Below are positions 63,598 to 64,000 of a stretch of 64,000 nt of DNA, in pieces; position 1 is the first letter of the stretch, and the number at the start of each line of letters is the position of its first letter. The notes under the pieces are model-generated. The model was not told the DNA's origin, ran no database searches, and saw only the letters and a list, made by a program, of their open reading frames with translations. Origin of the DNA: Chiloscyllium plagiosum (taxonomy: Eukaryota). A program made the translations under genes and the position numbers. Where the stretch lies: the NCBI RefSeq assembly GCF_004010195.1, contig NC_057751.1, positions 11,223,108 through 11,287,107 of the forward strand, read 5' to 3'.

Positions 63598-63764
63598 AAC
63601 GGCAAGGGCTGCAGACACTGCAGAGTCAGACTCAGAAAGTGTGGCGCTGGAAAAGCACAGCAGGTCAGGCAGGCAGCATCCGAAGGATTCCTGATGAAGA
63701 GCTTATGACCGAAACGTCGGCTCTCCTCCTCCTCAGATGCTTCCTGACGTGTTGTGCTTTTCCA
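63598..63764. mobile_element. Penelope-type fold-back insert (family B)
   Basis: Arms tggaaaagcacagca and tgttgtgcttttcca; CTGATGA...GAAACGTC core at 63691-63718. Confidence 0.8.
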
Positions 63765-64000
63765 AATCCTCTGTGACAGCCGGTCCACTGCTCAGGTGTT
63801 GCTGTCACATCCAGGCAGCCGATAGGACAGGGATCATCAGAATGAGAGAAACACACTGCCACATTCTGCTCCATTTCCAACAAACCGGGACAATTATCGC
63901 ACGCAGACACAGAACCAACACAATCCCCTCACTTCATCGAAATACACCAACAGCATGGTTCCAGCCTGAAGGAGACTGTTCAGCCCATCACATTCTCTGC

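Noticed and set aside
1..64000. CRISPR arrays, prokaryotic operons, known miRNA hairpins
   Set aside because: Vertebrate repeat landscape; no spaced repeat arrays and no mature miRNA sequence recognised

Overview
Eukaryotic, repeat-rich, non-coding DNA (intron or intergenic) from a cartilaginous fish. HE1-type V-SINEs together with CR1/HER1-like LINEs point to an elasmobranch; a bamboo or carpet shark is my guess. No intact host protein-coding gene or structural RNA gene can be supported. The ORFs with recognisable products are broken LINE ORF2 pieces (APE endonuclease and RT). The window holds about 25 CR1 copies of several ages, including three of 2.3-3 kb. It also holds RTE and L2 relics, three SINE families, LTR-like relics, microsatellites and a 208-N gap. 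The most notable signal is a set of short Penelope-type inserts, often folded back on themselves, that carry minimal hammerhead-ribozyme cores. One of these sits inside the catalytic CUGAUGA of another, which in turn sits inside a CR1. Other observations are an exact 37-bp inverted duplication, duplications at LINE junctions, a candidate ETS-IRF/TATA promoter and several weak minus-strand exon candidates. Family names come from motif recognition only, not database searches, and boundaries of old relics are approximate.
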